DNA from: Anaerolineae bacterium
Lineage (GTDB): Bacteria > Chloroflexota > Anaerolineae > Anaerolineales > E44-bin32
Reading direction: 5' to 3'
NCBI GenBank assembly: GCA_036986135.1
Contig: BTQZ01000007.1
Span: 3,642 to 67,641 of the forward strand
DNA: 64,000 nt
The notes beneath the pieces were generated by a model. That model saw only the letters and a list, made by a program, of their open reading frames with translations, was not told where the DNA came from and did not search any database. The stretch's first letter is position 1; the number at the start of each line of letters is the position of its first letter. Of this stretch, positions 60,757 to 64,000 are shown piece after piece. The position numbers were made by a program, and so were the translations under genes.

Positions 60757-61794
60757 ATGGCTAGGCGACTTCCCCTGGGAAAGCTCCCATCCGATATGCT
60801 GGCCGAGCTCCTGAGCAAGGTGTCCGACGCCGACCCCGGAATCATTGTGGGCCCAGGAGTTGGCCTGGACGCGGCGGTGCTTGACCTAGGTGACCGCTAT
60901 CTGGTGGCAAAGACCGACCCGATCACTTTTGCCACAGATCAGGTGGGTTGGTATGCGGTTCATGTCAACGCCAACGACGTGGCGTGCATGGGAGGGACCC
61001 CTCGCTGGTTCCTGGCGACGCTGCTGATGCCGGAGGGCCAGGCAGATGAGGAGCTCGCCACAACGGTGTTTGAGCAGATCGAGGAGGCTTGTGGTGCGCT
61101 GGATGTGAGCCTGGTCGGCGGGCACACGGAGATAACGTTCGGCATCGATCGCCCGATCGTCATGGGTTGCATGCTCGGGGAGGTCGAACCGGATAAGCTG
61201 GTCACTCCAGCTGGGATCAAGGTTGGGGACGTCGTGATTCTTGCCAGGGGTGTCCCCATCGAGGCCACCGCAATCATCGCGCTTGAGAGGGCTGACGAAC
61301 TCGAAGGACATTTTGAGGCGGAGTTCTTGTCCAGGTGCGCCAATTTCCTAGTCGAGCCCGGAATTAGCGTGGTGGCGGCCGCGCAGGCCGCGCAGGCCTC
61401 AGGCGAGGTGCATGCGATGCACGATCCCACGGAAGGGGGGCTGGCGACGGGCCTGTGGGAGCTGGCGCAAGCCTCTCGAACCGCGCTACTTGTTCAGGAA
61501 TCGGCTATCCACATAGTGCCTGAGGGCCGGATTCTCTGCGAGCACTACGGATTGAACCCGCTTTCATGCATCGCTTCCGGAGCGCTGCTGTTGGTTGCCG
61601 CACCGGAAAGCGCGCGCCAAATTGTGAGCGCTCTCAACGATCGAGGGATCTCCGCGGTAGCAATCGGGGAGGTCACAGGCCAGGGCGAGGTGAGCGTGAC
61701 GCTCGTCTCCGAGACGGGGAGTCGGCCCCTGGACGCACCCGACCGGGATGAGATCTCGAAGCTTTTCGAGATCCGCGACCCTCCAATACAATAA
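60757..61794 (+). CDS. AIR-synthase/PurM-superfamily protein (HypE-like)
   Basis: G.DAA, KTDPITF, NANDVA..G, GGHTE, MHDPTEGG, DEI. Confidence 0.88.
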   Translation: MARRLPLGKLPSDMLAELLSKVSDADPGIIVGPGVGLDAAVLDLGDRYLVAKTDPITFATDQVGWYAVHVNANDVACMGGTPRWFLATLLMPEGQADEELATTVFEQIEEACGALDVSLVGGHTEITFGIDRPIVMGCMLGEVEPDKLVTPAGIKVGDVVILARGVPIEATAIIALERADELEGHFEAEFLSRCANFLVEPGISVVAAAQAAQASGEVHAMHDPTEGGLATGLWELAQASRTALLVQESAIHIVPEGRILCEHYGLNPLSCIASGALLLVAAPESARQIVSALNDRGISAVAIGEVTGQGEVSVTLVSETGSRPLDAPDRDEISKLFEIRDPPIQ

Positions 61795-61833
61795 AAACAA
61801 TGGTACAATTATACAATGCTACATTGCTACAAT
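61787..61833 (+). promoter_or_regulatory. Six TACAAT-like direct repeats at ~8-bp period, candidate GntR operator array
   Basis: Units at 61787, 61796, 61804, 61812, 61820, 61828. Confidence 0.65.
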
Positions 61834-61887
61834 ATGAGCCAACCCAACGGGTCTAGAGATTGGTATTGAAGCCGCAGGGGGTAGTGA

Positions 61888-62271
61888 TTGGTTGAGCTAG
61901 ACTTCCGAAGTGGCGAGCCGATCTACATGCAGATCGTGGTTCAGCTCGAACAGCGCATCGCCGCCGGAGAACTCAAGCCAGGGGATCAATTGCCGACGGT
62001 GCGCGAGCTGGCGGACGAACTGGACGTGAACTTCAATACGGTGGCCAGGGCCTATCGGATACTTGACGAGGCTGGCTCGATTTCCACGCAGCAGGGTCGC
62101 GGCACATTCGTGATCGATCCCAGCGAAGCGGGCCAGACGACGCTGGAGGGGATCACACGCAGGTTTGCTGGACAGGCCCACCGTCTGGGCTTTGAGCCGG
62201 AAGAGGTCGCTCAAAGCGTAGGTTTTGTTTTGGGTCAATGGGAACAGTCGGGCAAGCCGCCCGACGACTGA
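61888..62271 (+). CDS. GntR-family regulator (YtrA subfamily)
   Basis: PIYMQI, PGDQLPTVRELA, VNFNTVARAY, GRGTFV, short C-terminal domain. Confidence 0.92.
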   Translation: MVELDFRSGEPIYMQIVVQLEQRIAAGELKPGDQLPTVRELADELDVNFNTVARAYRILDEAGSISTQQGRGTFVIDPSEAGQTTLEGITRRFAGQAHRLGFEPEEVAQSVGFVLGQWEQSGKPPDD

Positions 62272-62275
62272 TCAA

Positions 62276-62291
62276 TGTTCCACGTGAAACC
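62276..62291. other. parS-like site
   Basis: TGTTCCACGTGAAACC, one mismatch to the TGTTNCACGTGAAACA consensus; intergenic. Confidence 0.75.
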
Positions 62292-62455
62292 TTCACACGC
62301 AGAGAGCAGGTTTAGGAAGAGTCGGGCTCGTGCAAATGCGATTTCAAACTAAGAGACGGCAATTCGGAATGCGGCGAGGTCAATCGTTCCTTCCCGTGGG
62401 GCTCGAACTAATCATGTTGCTTCCCGTCAAGCTGATCTGAACCCGGAGAGGGTCA

Positions 62456-63316
62456 ATGGACATTGCGGTTCGGTTGCTAAATGGATTGCTCATGATCGCT
62501 ATGCCGATCGCGCTGGGGATCTACCTGGTGCGTCGCACGGGACAGAGCTGGCGGCTCTTCCTCGCCGGTGGCGTGCTTTTCGTCGGATCGCAAGTGCTGC
62601 ATATCCCGTTCAATCTTGTCGTGCTAAACCCCATATTGGAGCAGCTTGGGTTCGGCGAGGGCGTTCTTGGTTCCGGGCTCTTAATTGGAGCGCTGCTCTT
62701 GGGCCTATCCGCCGGACTGTTTGAGGAGCTCACCCGCTGGCTGGGCCTGCGTTTTTGGCTGAAAGGCGCCCGATCCTGGAATTCGGCGCTCATGTACGGG
62801 GCTGGATGGGGCGGCGCCGAAGCGATCCTCCTAGGCCTGGCCGTGCTGTGGTTTCTTGTCCAGGCACTGATGTTTAGACAAGGCACGCTGCAAAGTCTTA
62901 TACCAGCCGAGCAGCTGGAGATTGTTGAAGCACAGTTTGCGGCATATTGGGAAACCCCGCTGTTCTTGAACCTGATTGGGGCGGTTGAAAGGGCGTTCGC
63001 GCTGGCCGTGCAGGTCTCGCTTAGTGTGATGGTGATGCGGGCCGTCACACGACACAAGCTTCTGTGGCTTCTTGCTGCTATCACCTGGCATACCCTTGTG
63101 AACGCTGTGGCGGTGGTGGCGGTGACTCAAGTGGGCGCAGTGGCTACGGAAGCGTTCATTGGGGTCATGGCGGCCATCAGTCTTGTGGTGATATTCTGGT
63201 TGAAGGAGGAAGAGCTGCCCCAAGATGAGAGGCCGGGGGCACCACTCGCCGAATTCAAACCGGCGCCGGTGAAAGTGACGGAAGAGAAGTTGGAAGATTC
63301 TCGATATTCCAGCTAA
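62456..63316 (+). CDS. YhfC-family intramembrane metalloprotease
   Basis: AGLFEE..R, G.GWGG.EA, ER, H...N motifs. Confidence 0.88.
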   Translation: MDIAVRLLNGLLMIAMPIALGIYLVRRTGQSWRLFLAGGVLFVGSQVLHIPFNLVVLNPILEQLGFGEGVLGSGLLIGALLLGLSAGLFEELTRWLGLRFWLKGARSWNSALMYGAGWGGAEAILLGLAVLWFLVQALMFRQGTLQSLIPAEQLEIVEAQFAAYWETPLFLNLIGAVERAFALAVQVSLSVMVMRAVTRHKLLWLLAAITWHTLVNAVAVVAVTQVGAVATEAFIGVMAAISLVVIFWLKEEELPQDERPGAPLAEFKPAPVKVTEEKLEDSRYSS

Positions 63317-63341
63317 ATTTGATGATTCGCGGCACAGGCAA

Positions 63342-64000
63342 ATGATCAGCATTGAAGGCTTGACGAAGCGGTTTGGCGATACCACGGCGGTGGAAAACCT
63401 GGAGCTTGAGATCCGCTCAGGGGAGGTATTCGGTTTCCTGGGCCCGAATGGAGCCGGTAAGACCACGACGCTGCGCATGCTGAGCGCGCTGATCAATCCC
63501 ACTTCTGGAACGGCGCAGGTGGCCGGCTATCGACTTGGGGAGGACGACCAGGCGCTCCGCCGCAACGTCGGCATTCTGACGGAGGCCCCGGGACTCTACG
63601 ATCGTCTGAGCGCGGAACGCAATCTAAGTTTCTTTGCCCACCTGTACGGAGTAGGTGATGTCGATGGGCGGGTCGAGCGCTACCTGAAGCTTCTGGGGCT
63701 GTGGGAGCGGCGCTCGGAACCGGTTGCCACTTTCTCGCGCGGAATGCGACAGAAGCTGGCCATCGCCAGGGCGATGCTGCATGAACCTCCGGTTCTGTTC
63801 TTGGATGAACCCACCACGGGCCTGGACCCGGAGGCATCCCGGCTGGTTCGAGAATTCATCGAGGGATTGAGGGGCGAAGGCCGCACGATCATCCTGAATA
63901 CTCACAATTTGGACGAGGCGGATCGCCTCTGCGACCGAATCGGCGTGCTCAACACCCGATTGCTGGCTCTGGACACGCCGGCCGCCCTGCGGCGGGAGGT
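63342..64000 (+). CDS. ABC-2-type exporter ATPase (3'-truncated by window edge)
   Basis: Not in the ORF track; MISIEGLTKRFG...GFLGPNGAGKTT...FSRGMRQK...LDEPTTGLDP. Confidence 0.92.
   Translation, partial: MISIEGLTKRFGDTTAVENLELEIRSGEVFGFLGPNGAGKTTTLRMLSALINPTSGTAQVAGYRLGEDDQALRRNVGILTEAPGLYDRLSAERNLSFFAHLYGVGDVDGRVERYLKLLGLWERRSEPVATFSRGMRQKLAIARAMLHEPPVLFLDEPTTGLDPEASRLVREFIEGLRGEGRTIILNTHNLDEADRLCDRIGVLNTRLLALDTPAALRRE

Noticed and set aside
60757-61794. selD call linking this gene to the selenoprotein
   Set aside because: It lacks the N-terminal Cys/Sec-x-x-Lys motif of SelD.

Overview
High-GC bacterial chromosome segment; gene content, E/V-rich lipoprotein linkers and short-leader promoters suggest Chloroflexota (Anaerolineae-like), which is an inference. 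It carries housekeeping genes (gatA, gatB, gdhA, lipA, gmk, tmk, caa3 oxidase operon), a metal-homeostasis region (two DtxR/MntR regulators, ABC, ZIP, split FeoB) and several ABC/ECF transporters. Features not captured by the ORF track: (1) a ~2.5 kb islet at the gatB stop, bounded by a 24-bp direct repeat, holding an IS256 relic, an intact secreted-protein plus membrane-protein pair and a decayed divergent second copy of that pair, i.e. a candidate toxin/immunity cassette array; (2) an OsmC-family gene with an in-frame UGA at the catalytic Cys position and a downstream hairpin (candidate selenoprotein); (3) a DnaA-box/DnaA-trio cluster resembling oriC with no adjacent dnaA, plus a parS-like site; (4) an MrfA/Hrq1-type helicase with an inserted HNH domain; (5) a frameshifted multi-domain lipoprotein apparently interrupted by a ClC gene. 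All family assignments come from motif recognition by eye; no database searches were run.
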